A DNA stretch of 64,000 nt from Octopus sinensis (GCF_006345805.1 NC_043001.1:31744001-31808000); one strand, 5' to 3'. Counted from the first letter of the stretch, positions 25,181-37,775 are shown. Numbers and translations are program-made. Notes: a model not told the origin generated them from the letters alone.

Positions 25181-25275
25181 ATATATATATATATGTTCAT
25201 GATATATAATATATATATATATATTTATGATATATATATATATTTATGATATATATATATATATATGATATATAT

Positions 25276-25311
<36 letters not shown>

Positions 25312-25375
25312 ATATCTATATATATGTGTGTGTGTGGTGTGTGTGTGTGTGTGTGTGTTATACTCTATGTATATG

Positions 25376-26185
25376 TATATTATGTTATCATCAAAATCTG
25401 ACTTAGGTCGAATTAGTAAATACATTATCGACCATTCTACCCTTGTTAGAACTAACTTTAAGCTCATACACTGGGATTGCTCTAGAGATGTCATCACTTG
25501 GTTTCACTCTCTTCATGATAAACAACACACCCATTTCCTTCAGTTTGACATCTCGAATTATTATTCATAAATATCACCAGTTCTTTTAAATAAAGCGTTA
25601 ATCTTTCCCCGAAAATATGTTCCCATCTCCCAATCAGATATCAATATCATCCTGGCTGCGAGGGAAACGCTGATTCACTTTAAGGATAATAAATGGACTC
25701 GCAACTCATTTACGGATTACTTCGATATAACCATGGGCTCATTGGACTCAGCCCAGGTCACCGACATTGTGGGAGTAATTCCTTCTCTCCCAAATTAAAC
25801 AGGGATGACGCACTTCTTTCAGTAACTGGATTATCTCGATCGACAGTGGAACGCACCAAGAAAGCCCAATGCAAATTCTTTAAAAACCACAGCCTAAGTA
25901 TTTCATTCGAAATTGACTCTAAGTTGACCAATTTCTTAGATATTACTCTCGACTTAAACACAAATCTATACCACCCTTTCCATAAACCCAACTAATCTTT
26001 ACAATACATAAATGTCCTCTCTAATCATCGTAAACTTACCCTTAATAACATAGACACAAGTATAGCTATCAGAATCTCTAACTTATTTGCTAACGAAGAC
26101 ATTTTTAACACTCACGATTATTATAATCAGGCCCTCCAAATAAGCGGCTTCCGCGAAAAAAATCTATTATATCCCCAACATTAAA
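25376..26185 (+). mobile_element. Penelope-like reverse transcriptase relic
   Basis: Frameshifted FLQFDISNYY, FDITMGSLDSAQVTDIVG, NFLDITLDL...YHPFHKPN...YINVLSNH. Confidence 0.8.
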
Positions 26186-26230
26186 CTTAAAAATAAAATA
26201 GCGCATCTCTTCCCCAATACTAACTCTGAA

Positions 26231-26292
26231 TCACATACGCCACAGAAACCGTGAAACCGGGCCCATGAGCCTGGCTAAGCTTGAAAAGGGCG
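26231..26292 (+). mobile_element. Family B SINE 3' end
   Basis: CACATACGCCACAGAAACC...GCCCATGAGCCTGGCTAAGCTTGAAAAGGGC. Confidence 0.7.
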
Positions 26293-27449
26293 ACGTTTTT
26301 CTATGTATGTATGTATGTATGTATGTATGTATGTATGTATGTATGTATGTATGTATGCATGCATGTATGTATGAATGTATGTATATATATATATATATAT
26401 ACATATGTATATATATACATACATAGATGCATGCATACATACATTCATACATACGTACGTACATACAAGTCTGATATCAGTTTGATACTCTTGGAAGAAT
26501 AAGAAGTAATATATTCCTCAAATATCACACACTGACGTTCCCCCCCCGCCACCCCAGCTCATGTCCTATATGCGAAGTTGATTCTCCCATAAGCAAATAT
26601 TATTCGCTTTAATACACGAAAAATTATTTTTCCTCAATATGCACCGCTGAAACTGGGGTACCTCCAATATTACTATTTCACTGTATTTGATGTTATAAAC
26701 CGTGGCTTTCATCCCCTAAAGGATGGAAGCGAAAGTTCACTTTACCATAAATGGAAATAACTCCATAACTATCTAGAACTATCACAGCATGCGTTTTGTT
26801 CGATGCATAAATTTTGTTTGGAGATTTCTCGTGTGCACATTTCCCTTCTTACTTGATTTTAAGTAATAATGATTTAGTCGACTCAAAGCTATAGTAAAAC
26901 ACACTCTACCAAAGTACTGTCGAGTCATAGTATCGAAATGAACTTCTTAATCAAACCATTATTTATGTGCCAAAGTATCTTTATAAATCATGACGGAAAC
27001 TATTTTCATGTTAAATATTCTCTATAGATAGACAATATCATTTCTCAGTTTGGCACGAGGTCACACATTTGTAGGAGAGGTGTATAGCCAATTGTATCAT
27101 CATAGTACATGACTGGTACTTGTAGTGAACACTGAGGGGTGAGAGGCCAAACTGAAATAAGTACAATCTGAATTTAGAAACTAAATGAACTGTATTTGAT
27201 GTTATATAAATCACTCAATACGGCCCTCTTCTACTTCAGTCTCTCGCCCACCTTCTATGGATAGAATATATATATCATAAAAGTATCACATGTCACAAGT
27301 CTGATGAGTTGTTCAGCTGAATTCGAATATGGTTAATACAGCTTTACAAGGAAATATCCAACATAGTCATACATATACAGAGAGCCAGCCTGACACATAC
27401 ATAACAAAGTATTTCTACTTTCACTCATATACTCATATATATGTATGTA

Positions 27450-27875
27450 TGTGGCTGTGTGGTAAGTAGCTTGTCTACCAACCACATGGTTCCGGGTTCA
27501 GTCCCACTGCGAGGCACCTTGGGCAAGTGTCTTCTACTATAGCCTCGGGCCAACCAAAACCTTGTGAGTGGATTTGGTAGGCGGAAACTGAAAGAAGCCC
27601 GTCGTATATATGTATATATATATATATATATATATACATATATATATTATTTTATATATATATGCGTGTGTTGTTTTGTGTGTCTGTGCTTGTCCCCTAG
27701 CATTGCTTGACAACCGATGCTGGGGTGTTATGTCCCCGTTACTTAGCGGTTCGGCAAAAGAGACCGATAGAATAAGTACTGGGCTTACAAAAGAATAAGT
27801 CCCGGAGTCGAGTTGCTCGATTAAAGGCGCTGCTCCAGCATGGCCGCAGTCAAATGACTGAAACAAGTAAAAGAG
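27450..27875 (+). mobile_element. SINE family A
   Basis: Near-consensus. Confidence 0.9.
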
Positions 27876-27916
27876 TGTAAAAGAGATATATATATATGCA
27901 TTATATATATGTATAT

Positions 27917-27952
<36 letters not shown>

Positions 27953-28010
27953 GCATATATATATGTATATATACATATATACTACTACATTCTATATATA
28001 TGCACACTTA

Positions 28011-28043
<33 letters not shown>

Positions 28044-28142
28044 TATATAGATATATCTATAGACTATAGGGAGAGAGAGAGAGAGAGAGAACAAAGTGTA
28101 CGTACGTCCGCCTTATATTATTATATATATATAATACAAAAT

Positions 28143-28447
28143 GGGACAGAACGCAAAACATCCAGATAGTCGATACAAAAATACAAGGACGGGTCATTCG
28201 AAGCTTTCTATCCTCAGTCAAGAACTGGATCATCCTCGTAATTTCGGCTGATTAATCTTGAGATTGCTCCAATCTGGCCACCCCCAAGGAAAAAACTAAG
28301 CATTAGATTCTTTGGATGATCCGGTTCTTGACTGAGGATAGAAAGCTTCGAATGATCCGTCCTTGTTTTTTATGTATCGTCTATCATGATGTTTTGTTGT
28401 CTTTTTTTGTATCACCTAGTTGTCCGGGTGTTTTGCGTTCTTGTCCC
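28143..28447. repeat. Fold-back element with ~71-bp core arms and 78-bp spacer (solo arm at 50195-50290)
   Basis: 28165-28235 vs 28314-28385 reverse complement; outer arms GGGACAGAACGCAAAACA. Confidence 0.85.
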
Positions 28448-28844
28448 TATATATATAGTCTTGCAATCATGAGTGTAATATCCTAACTGCACACACACAC
28501 ACACACACATACGTGTATAGGACATAGTTTAGAAGTGCGCGTGTGTATACACACAAGTAGAGTATTTTTTGTATACACAAATATATACATATGCGTAGAC
28601 ATATATACCTACATACGTAACTGCATGGGAACAAATAGGCATACCTAGGCACAAACCAAGTCACGCAAGATATTAGTCAGTCGTAAGGTTAGAATGAACA
28701 TCACTGGTTCACTGTTACCTTCATGTTGCTAAACTAATGTACTTTGAATGATATCGCCAACAACCGACAATTTTTTTAGAAGATTGCTGCAGATCTAGAG
28801 TGATCTTGTCGAATTTTTTTTTTACACCTAATGTGTAATTCTCT

Positions 28845-29070
28845 TTATGATGGCGTTCTGAGCCAGACACGACGCTCCAATGACTTGAAAGCTTCTGTTG
28901 CTTCTATCAGACGTATATCTAGATATTTCATCATCAAGGGAATAGAAATTGCTGAATGCATGACCTGAGTGAGTAAAGTTTCAATGATTTGCTTTCTAGT
29001 GCCATCCACACAAATCATTGGTGGTCTAATGTGTAGTTTCCTTGAGGCTGGTTTAAACATCACCATTGAC
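28845..29070 (-). mobile_element. RTE (BovB-like) RT C-terminal relic
   Basis: MVMFKPASRKLHIRPPMICVDG; shifted FTHSG...SLDDEIS; AFKSLERRVW. Confidence 0.65.
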
Positions 29071-29583
29071 CTATCGAGGGTGAGAGTTAGGTCAGGCCTT
29101 TTGTAAAGAGATAAAGGAAAAAGAAAAGAAAAAACACTAGAACGAAACAACGGTCCATTTTATGTTGCGTATCCGATGTCAGGAAATAATTTTAAGCAAA
29201 CGAACAGTTATACATGCATGTATGCAAATACTGGTTCAAACACACACACACATACACACACACACACCACACACACACACACACACCGCACATCACATAT
29301 ACACAACATTTTCAGAAGGGTGGCAATGACTTAGACGTTTCGGCATGAAAGCCTTCTAAGTTGTGGCGAAGGCAACTAACCTAGGAGATAAAGGGTTCTA
29401 ATTGAAAAGCCCGAGGTATATTTCTAATTGAGTATCTATATCAAACATTAGCACAAACTCTCTACTATCAGCAATTCCCATGAGCGTAGCTGGTCCTACA
29501 TATGCCTTTACATTTGAAAACAATTATCTGTGGGTAGTCCAACATCGCGACCGGTGGATCCTGATATATCGAGATCAGCGAGA

Positions 29584-29638
<55 letters not shown>

Positions 29639-29649
29639 TATATATAATA

Positions 29650-29915
29650 ATATACTGTTGTGTCTGGGGAGAGTCATTTTCTTTTTCTGCCTTATATTTA
29701 ACCCACTCACCGGTAAAATTTCCGCTTATTTTTTATTTTTATTTTCCTAAAATTTTCGTTGCGTCTTGCAACCTTTTCAATAGTGTTGACTCTTGCAAGA
29801 CGCAACGAAAACTTTATGAAAATAAGCATAAGAAATAAGTGGAAATTTTACCAGTGAGTGGGTTAAATTATAAGGCACAACAAGAAAATGACTCACCCCA
29901 GACACAACAGAATAT
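29650..29915. repeat. Fold-back element with ~122-bp arms and 21-bp spacer
   Basis: 29650-29771 vs 29793-29915 reverse complement. Confidence 0.9.
29746..29785 (-). ncRNA. Candidate minimal hammerhead with U3:A8 core
   Basis: CUA-UUGAAAA-G-GUUGC-AAGAC-GCAAC-GAA-AAUU-U-UAG. Confidence 0.4.
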
Positions 29916-29983
29916 GCTTCAACACGAACTCACATAAAGAATCTTGCAAACCAAATCCCAAAACGAAATATAATATATATATA

Positions 29984-30378
29984 TCTTTATATATAAAAGT
30001 GAGGTTGTGTGCTGTCTGTCTCCTACGATTTAGATTCCTAACTACTCCCACATTTTGCGGTGCAGTTTAACCAAAACCGGGTATCTTATAGTCGTGATTC
30101 ATATCGAGCCCTTCTGGGTATAAGCGCGCGTCTACGATGAGTCTACGATTTAAAAAAAAATTACCATCAATTTTTCCCATTTTCAATGCATTTTTGGCAT
30201 ATATAAGGGAAGTAACTCTCTAAAAATTTATTATTAAATCTCAGAACGTAAAAAGCTACAGTAACCACCCCCTTTTGTTGTTAGCTATATTGAGATGGTT
30301 ATTATACTTTACATCTCTAAAAATGCTTATATAGTTATTTCCTTTACAAACCCGAGCAACGCCGGGCGATACTGCTAG
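29984..30378 (+). mobile_element. Non-autonomous Helitron
   Basis: A|TCTTTATATATAAAAG start; CCCG-agcaacgc-CGGG hairpin; CTAG|T end. Confidence 0.8.
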
Positions 30379-30529
30379 TATATATATATATATATATATA
30401 TCATGGACTGTTAGGTCGTTAGAGGACGTATGACGGTTTGATAATTTCTTGCTGAACAACCACACAGACGATTTGTTTATAGTGTTTATAGTGATCAAAT
30501 GTTTTCACATAAACTCACTCCAGCTATGA

Positions 30530-30710
30530 AATCGTCATTACCTGTACAGGTGCACCGTGTGCCACATGTCACATGACGAAATGATCGCAGAGCAACGTGA
30601 AATGAAGTGCTTTGCTCAAGAGCACAACGCAACGCCCGATCTAGGAATTGAACTAACGATCTCGTAATCGTGAGTGCAACACCCTAACCACTAAGCCATT
30701 TGTCTTCACA
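30530..30710 (-). mobile_element. Family B CORE-like SINE, degenerate
   Basis: GAGCAACGTGAAATGAAGTGCTTTGCTCAAG...CCCTAACCACTAAGCC. Confidence 0.7.
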
Positions 30711-30732
30711 CACACGCACACACACATCTATC

Positions 30733-30777
<45 letters not shown>

Positions 30778-30848
30778 GATAGATAGATAGATAAATAGAT
30801 AGAGAGTGGATCCTCTCTTCCCCTCTCTCTCCCTATATATATATAATA

Positions 30849-30890
<42 letters not shown>

Positions 30891-31201
30891 GAAATGAAGA
30901 AAATGCTGACAAAATAATTTAAGTAAGGGAGAGTGTATTTAATTAGGTGACAGTTCTTTTTACCGGTTGCGCATTTGTTATGCTTATCAAAAGATATTTT
31001 TTTAAGAGAGATAGAGTTCCTTTCTGATAGATTTTTTTCTCTTATCTGATAAGAGAAAAAAATCTATCAGAAAGGAACTCTATCTCTCTTAAAAAATATC
31101 TTTTGATAAGCATAACAAATGCGCAACCGGTAAAAGAACTGTCACCTAATTAAATACACTCTCCCTTACTTAAATTATTTTGTCAGCATTTTCTTCATTT
31201 C
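30891..31201. repeat. Near-perfect palindrome with ~155-bp arms and 1-nt loop
   Basis: Centre CTTATC-T-GATAAG at 31047; only two 1-bp homopolymer indels seen. Confidence 0.95.
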
Positions 31202-31284
31202 TTTTTTTATATATCACAACTCGTGTTCCACATCTCCTTTTTTAATATATATAGATATATATATATATATATATATATACTATA

Positions 31285-31424
31285 CTTTATTTTAAATCAG
31301 CAGAAATATAACAAAAGCTGTTACTCAAAGTTTCCCGTTCCCGTTCGTCGGACAGTTTTGTTAACAAATTGTCCGACGAACGGGAACGTGAAACTTGTTA
31401 TATTTCTGCTGCTTTTAAATAAAG
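31285..31424. repeat. Hairpin element with hammerhead-like motif in the arms
   Basis: CTTTATTTTAAATCAGCAGAAATATAACAA and GTTTCCCGTTCCCGTTCGTCGGACA arms with reverse partners. Confidence 0.85.
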
Positions 31425-31554
31425 CATATTACTCTACCTCTGGTATTTGAGTACTCTTTTCTACACCTTGTTTCACATTTATATGCTTCTTCCGGTATAT
31501 ATATATATACGTAGAGAAATAGAGAAAAATAGAGAAATATATATATATATATAT

Positions 31555-31775
31555 GAGGTCGCATGGCCTTGTGGTTAGGGTGTTGCACTAGCGATCGTGC
31601 TTTCAGTTCCTAGACTGGATAGTGCGCTTTGTGTTCTTGAGCATAACACTGCATCGCACCTTGTTCTGTGATCACTTGGACGCGTGGTACACCATGCACC
31701 TGTTCAGGCAACAAATCATTTGTGCAGGTCGTTCGGCAAAAGAAGCTGAAATATCGTACGTCGTCTTCGACGGGA
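31555..31775 (+). mobile_element. tRNA-headed SINE, family B related, degenerate
   Basis: GAGGTCGCATGGCCTTGTGGTTAGGG...GTGTTCTTGAGCATAACAC. Confidence 0.6.
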
Positions 31776-31790
31776 GAGCCCATCACATAT

Positions 31791-31833
<43 letters not shown>

Positions 31834-32639
31834 TTTATACATACATAAATATTTTAGAACGTATATTGCAATATATGAATAAGCACACCCAATGTATATA
31901 TGTGCGTATACATAAGTCTGGGTGTAGATATATGCGTGTTTGTGTAAATACAAATGTTCAGAAAGCTGGATGCATATACGTGTGATTTTATCGGCATGTT
32001 TATTTTATTGGCATTTGTTCCCACCTTTTTTTTTTTTTTTACTTCATTTGATTAAAATAAAATTCACTTTATATAGCATGAACTTAATTTCAGTTGACTA
32101 GTGACATAATAAGAATGTACTCAGATAACTTTTAGGTATACATAAAAAACAGTGTAGCATAAATTTAAAAAAAAATTATGAAATGTGAAGGAAATAAAAA
32201 GCGGAAGAGAAAAAAAAAAGCGAAAGAGAAAAGCAAAGAGGAAAGTGAAATAAAGTGAAAGTAAAAGATAAAAAAAAAAAAAATCATGTATAGATATGAA
32301 ATTTTTAGAGAACAAAGGATTACAAGCTGAAAGTAACAAGGACCGATGTTGAAAAAAATCAAGGTCAAATAGTATGTTATACAACGAGCAGATATGTTTG
32401 TGAGCTCAAAAGGAAGAAAGAAAGAAAAGAGAGAAATATATATTGAAACCATTATAAAATTTGCCATTAACTAAGTTTTAAACTGTTGCAGTGGAGATGT
32501 ATCAGTGAGAAGATTGAACTATTGCGACAAATGTTTTAACACGTTAAGAAATGAATGAAATTTAACACGTCTTTTTCTTATTTCATATGGCTAAATCACT
32601 TTTTCCTCCATATAATTGTCAACCGAAGAACTCCCACAC

Positions 32640-32810
32640 ACACTAACATACATACACACTAACATACATACATACATACATACATACATAAATACATACA
32701 TACATACATACATACGTACATACGTACATACATACATACATACATACATACATACATACATACGTACATACATACATACATACGTACGTACGTACATACA
32801 TACATACAAA
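32640..32810. repeat. (TACA)n microsatellite
   Basis: Direct reading. Confidence 0.95.
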
Positions 32811-32855
32811 GAATATGCATGTGATGAAAAAAAAGCCTTGACCCAGTTACATCTG

Positions 32856-33367
32856 TAATGATCTAGGGGGTTGTATCTTGGAAATCCGCCGGTTCAATGC
32901 TTTTCCTTCATGGCAGAATTAATAGTCAAGACTGTTTAAGCATTTTATCTGATTAAATGCATCCTGTGGTTGCGGAACTGTTTCCAGAAGGAAACGCAAT
33001 CTTTCAGGATGATAATGCACCAATTTACACGGCTAATGTTGTTACTGAATGGCACACAGAACATTCTGATGAAGTTGAACATCTTATCTGGCCACCACAA
33101 TCCCCATATCTCAATATTATTGAAAATTTATGGTGCATTTTAGAAAAACAAGTAAGGAGTCGATATCCTCCACCATCATCACTACAAGAACTGGAGGCTG
33201 TTTTAGCTGAAGAATGGAGAAAAATTCCTTTGGAAACAATTCAAACTTTGTAGGAGTCCATACTTCGTAGAATTCAAGGTGTAATTACTGCCAAAGCTGT
33301 CCTACCCCATATTGAAATATATCTGTATGAAATTTTAAGGTGTTTCCATTATTTTGTCCAACCACTG
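32856..33367 (+). mobile_element. Tc1-like (DD34E) transposon 3' part with right TIR
   Basis: FQDDNAP...WPPQSPYLNIIENLW...LQELEAVLAEEW; ends TTTTGTCCAACCACTG|TA. Confidence 0.9.
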
Positions 33368-33415
33368 TATATATGAGCATGTCTAGATATGCAAACACAC
33401 ACACACACACACACG

Positions 33416-33457
<42 letters not shown>

Positions 33458-34177
33458 GTATGAGTGTGCATGTATATTGTGCATACACTCATATATATAC
33501 CTGTGTACTGCGAATAACTCAATTGATATGGTATATGACAACCGTGAAATCCCTGGTTTGTACTCTATTATAAGTGTTACAATTATTTCTCAATCGTCAA
33601 CACTCATATATATATATATAATATATATATATATGTATGTATGTATGTATATAACTGAGGAAAAGAAAGGGGTGTGTTAAATATCCAATTCGTTGGTACG
33701 TCAGTTGGATACCATATAAATATTGGTATAATTCAATTATAAAGATAAATTAAATATAGAGATATACTATTGACAATCTAATAATTTAACTATATTACAA
33801 TAGTATATTAAATGCTATGAATATAATATATAACATAACATAAATAATTATAAAAGCCATAAAAGGCCAACAAATTGCTTCGATATATATATATATATAT
33901 TTTTTTTTTTTCTGATATACTTAATCACAGTTCCATTATATATAAAGTCACTTCAGGGTCACGAAATTCCGTGATAAAGGACGGCTGGTTTGTAAAAATT
34001 AATTCAAATGTCTATGTATTATGAGCGTGAGCGTTAACTATACAATTACAGATCAATTATAATTAAAAAAAAAAACAAACAAAAACACTTTAACGGACGA
34101 TACAATTAAGTTAAGTGCAATCCACAACCATCGAAATTCATTTCATTACATCTCCAACATATACTAATTGAAACTCC

Positions 34178-34430
34178 GAAAAGCTTTATCTGCGACGATT
34201 TCATCTCAATCGAAGGAGAGGGGCTTTCTCCGTCCAGATTGCGGATCCGTGGAATAAGCTGCCGGACGAGACAAGTGAAGATGCCGACGACCGCTCGGTT
34301 CAAAGTCTCTCTTGACCAGAAATGGCCTGAACTCTTTGCATGAACACAACCCTGTACATAACTCAATGTCCCCCGACATGGCCTTGCTGTTTGCTTTTTG
34401 AGCCAATAAATTAACTTAACTTAACTTAAC
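34178..34430 (+). mobile_element. CR1/L2-type LINE 3' end with (TTAAC)n tail and 72-bp flanking direct repeats
   Basis: RRGAFSVQIADPWNKLPDETVKMPTTARFKVSLDQKWPELFA*; repeats 34103-34174 and 34430-34501. Confidence 0.8.
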
Positions 34431-35394
34431 AATTAAGTTAAGTGCAATCCACAACCATCGAAATTCACTTCATTACATCTCAAACACATACTAATTGAAA
34501 CCCTTTCATGTCCAATATCATGTCCAGTAACAAATGCAGAAACGCTTGCCTCCTACGATCAGATGATGCTATTTATAACCCCGTATACTTTTCACACATG
34601 TCTAAGAGGAGCAGTTTCTTCTCAGACTGTTTTTGCAGCGAAAGAAATTCTCACATTCGATTGTACACGAATGTGGTATATATTTATTGTACATGCATGT
34701 ATTTTAATCAAGGCTGGCTTTGTGCTATTCTGTTTCATATATATTTCGCCTAACGGCCCTTAATGTTTGCCTCCATTGATTATTTACTCTGTATGTCCAC
34801 TCTGTTTGCTCGTTCGAAGCCTTAACTCTCCACAAATTTTATATATTAAAAATTTCTGGATGCTGCTGCCTTATGAAATTTTCCTATCTTATCGTTGAAA
34901 GCTCGAAATAAGGAGTAATAAACAGGAGGAAGAGTTAGACGGAGGAAGAGTTAGACTTCTTTTGGTATTTTGTCGTCCCGTACTTGTCTCTCGTTATGTG
35001 TTTACGTATTTTTCACTCGTTGTTGATGTCTTGTTCTCATTGTGTGGTTTTTGGTATTTTGCCGTGTGTTTACGTGTTTTTCGCTCGTTTTTCGCTCTAC
35101 TTGATGTGTATTATATATATGCATATGCGTGTGTGTCTATGTGTATGTATGTATAAATTTATAAATAAGGATAATATCGATATTTAAATATCGGTATTAT
35201 CAAGTGGTCAGTATGGGAATAAATACCATACAAAAGTAATAATTTTTTACAACTAAAAATAAGGGTGTCTGAGAGACACCACCATGCCGAAATAGCAGTC
35301 AACTCCCTGACTCTAAGAACCGCCTTAAATGTTCATATCGCACCATGAGATAAGACAGAGGGACAAAATAGACTAGCAAAAAATATTATATATA

Positions 35395-35731
35395 TGAGAC
35401 CCCCTTCGGTCATGACTGACCGTGGGATTACACCTAGAAAGTTACCCTCCCAGGCACGAGTCCGGGCAAGGTTGTTTATGGAAGACTAGCAGTCGCCCAT
35501 GCATACCGGCCTCCCCTCTCCACGCCACCAGTGTTATCCAAGGGAAAGGCAAGGGCCGATACAGCTTGGCACCCGTGACGTCACAACTCATTTCTACAGC
35601 TGAGGGAACTGGAGCAACGTGACATAAAGTGTCTTGCTCAAGAACACAACACACAGCCCGATCCGGGATTCGAACTCACAACCTCACGATCGTAAGCTCG
35701 ACGCTCTAACCACTGAGCCACGCGCCTTCAC
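35395..35731 (-). mobile_element. tRNA-Arg(ACG)-like SINE with CORE-like body
   Basis: Head TGGCTCAGTGGTTAGAGCG..CTTACGA..GTTCGAATCCC. Confidence 0.8.
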
Positions 35732-35740
35732 ACATGTATG

Positions 35741-35777
<37 letters not shown>

Positions 35778-35822
35778 ATACATATATATATATATATATG
35801 TATGTGTATATATACACACACG

Positions 35823-35895
<73 letters not shown>

Positions 35896-36073
35896 TATAT
35901 ATATATCTGGCATTTACAATGAATACGATGTTGAGTACATCAGCGTAGTTTGTATTTCTACGGTCAATTGCACAAAATATTTAATTTAAACGAATTCGTA
36001 AATACTGTATAATGGACTGTAGAAATAAGAAAAAACTATGCAGATGTAATAACCATTGCAATTGTCTCGGTAA

Positions 36074-36105
<32 letters not shown>

Positions 36106-36299
36106 GAGCCGGAGATTTTTTTTAGTTCGAGACATGTGCTCTTCTGAAACATGCAGTACGCCTGGTTCTAGATTACAACTACAATTTGTGTTTTCCTTCA
36201 TTCATTTATTCCATTTTTTTTTATGGATAACACATTCGTGAAGAAAAGGTTCATTGGACATTTGCACTGACAGTTCCAGTGAGTCAGTTAATACGTGCA

Positions 36300-36900
36300 T
36301 GCATTTTAAAATTAACAAGGGTGACGTGTGCTTGCAATACCAAGATCGACATCCCCAGAGAGATTAGTCAGGATGGAGTGGTTCTGGCAAATTTGAAGTG
36401 CAAGATATTAGCATAAATAGTGTAGAAATGAATCCTTCATTGATGCCCTGCTATGCTATGCACTTTCTAACTCTCTTTGCAAGTACACATTCCTCCGTAC
36501 AGTTTCGTATAAATCCGTCTCCAGTCAACGAGGGACCTTCTCAATCAGCGAGTTTCAAACTGACTAATACCAAATGCCTTTAAAATGTTAGGAACACTTT
36601 TGGTGTCTCGTATATTTTATTGAAAGAAGGAGTAACCCTTCTTTCTTAATACTACGACCTTTTGCAATTTCAACAACTTATACAGAACCGGTAAACCCAA
36701 CGACATTAAAACCTCATCAAGTTTAGTTGTTTGTGAAGACGAGATACAAGATGCGAAAAAGTTCGAATCCATAAAACATGAAATTATACCTTCTTGGTCA
36801 TGGGTTTGGATAAGTTTAAAATGCTGAAAAACCATCTAAGGTTTTGTTGAACATGGCGGTTTTCTCGCTCTCTCTTCAATCTGCGCAGGACTCTCCTCCG
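36300..36900 (-). pseudogene. Unclassified degenerate coding relic
   Basis: 72-aa ORF plus a long stop-interrupted protein-like frame; no motif recognised. Confidence 0.3.
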
Positions 36901-36989
36901 TATGGAAAGAACTGCTCTACATGATCATTTTACATACTGAGCGTAACAGCCATATCATCACCTACTCATGACTAATCCATATATATATA

Positions 36990-37398
36990 TACTCTTTTAT
37001 TCTTTTACTCTTTTACTTGTTTCAGTCATTTGACTGCGGCCATGCTGGAGCACCGCCTTTAGTCGAGCAAATCGAACTTGGGACTTTTGTAAGCCCAGTA
37101 CTTATTCTATCGGTCTCTTTTGCCGAACCGCTAAGTGACGGGGACGTAAACACACCAGCATCGGTTGTCAAACAATGCTAGGGGGACAAACACAGACACA
37201 CAAACATACACACATACATATATATATATATACATATATACGACAGGCTTCTTTCAGTTTCCGTCTACCAAATCCACTCACAAGGCATTGGTCGGCCCGG
37301 GGCTATAGCAGAAGACACTTGCCCAAGATGCCACGCAGTGAGACTGAACCCGGAACCATGTGGTTGGTTAGCAAGCTACTTACCACACAGCCACTCCT
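36990..37398 (-). mobile_element. SINE family A
   Basis: Near-consensus. Confidence 0.9.
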
Positions 37399-37569
37399 AA
37401 GTACATATTCTTTTAAAAAAACTTTTCTTTTAATTTTTCTAAATTTAATTATTTAATTGTTACAGATGAAAAAGTCTCAATGACTGAAACCGGTACGAAA
37501 ATGTTTTTTATAAAATTATTTTAGCATTTTCTATCTTGACTTTTTTTCCATATATATATGTATGTATGC

Positions 37570-37775
37570 GTGTGTGTGTGTTTTGTGTATGTTTGTCTTG
37601 TACCAACGCTTGACTACCGGTGCTGATGTGTTTATTAACCGAGCGCTTCGGCAAAAGGGACGGATAGAACAAGTACCAGGCTTAAAAAATAAGATTGTAA
37701 TCGATTCATTCAACAAAAAGTTCTTCAAGGCGATACCCCAGTATGGCCGCAGTCTAATGACTGAAACAAGGTAAA
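37570..37775 (+). mobile_element. SINE family A 3' half, diverged
   Basis: CGCTTGAC...CGGCAAAA...ATGGCCGCAGTCTAATGACTGAAAC. Confidence 0.7.

Noticed and set aside
26340-26470. Mirror or inverted symmetry in TATG/CATA tracts
   Set aside because: Expected from adjacent complementary microsatellites
28321-28365. Hammerhead in CTGAGGA...CGAATGA (also 50212)
   Set aside because: GAAU instead of GAAA, and no stem I or valid cleavage triplet could be paired
33688-33717. CTGACG within a 7-bp hairpin
   Set aside because: No stem II/III or GAAA
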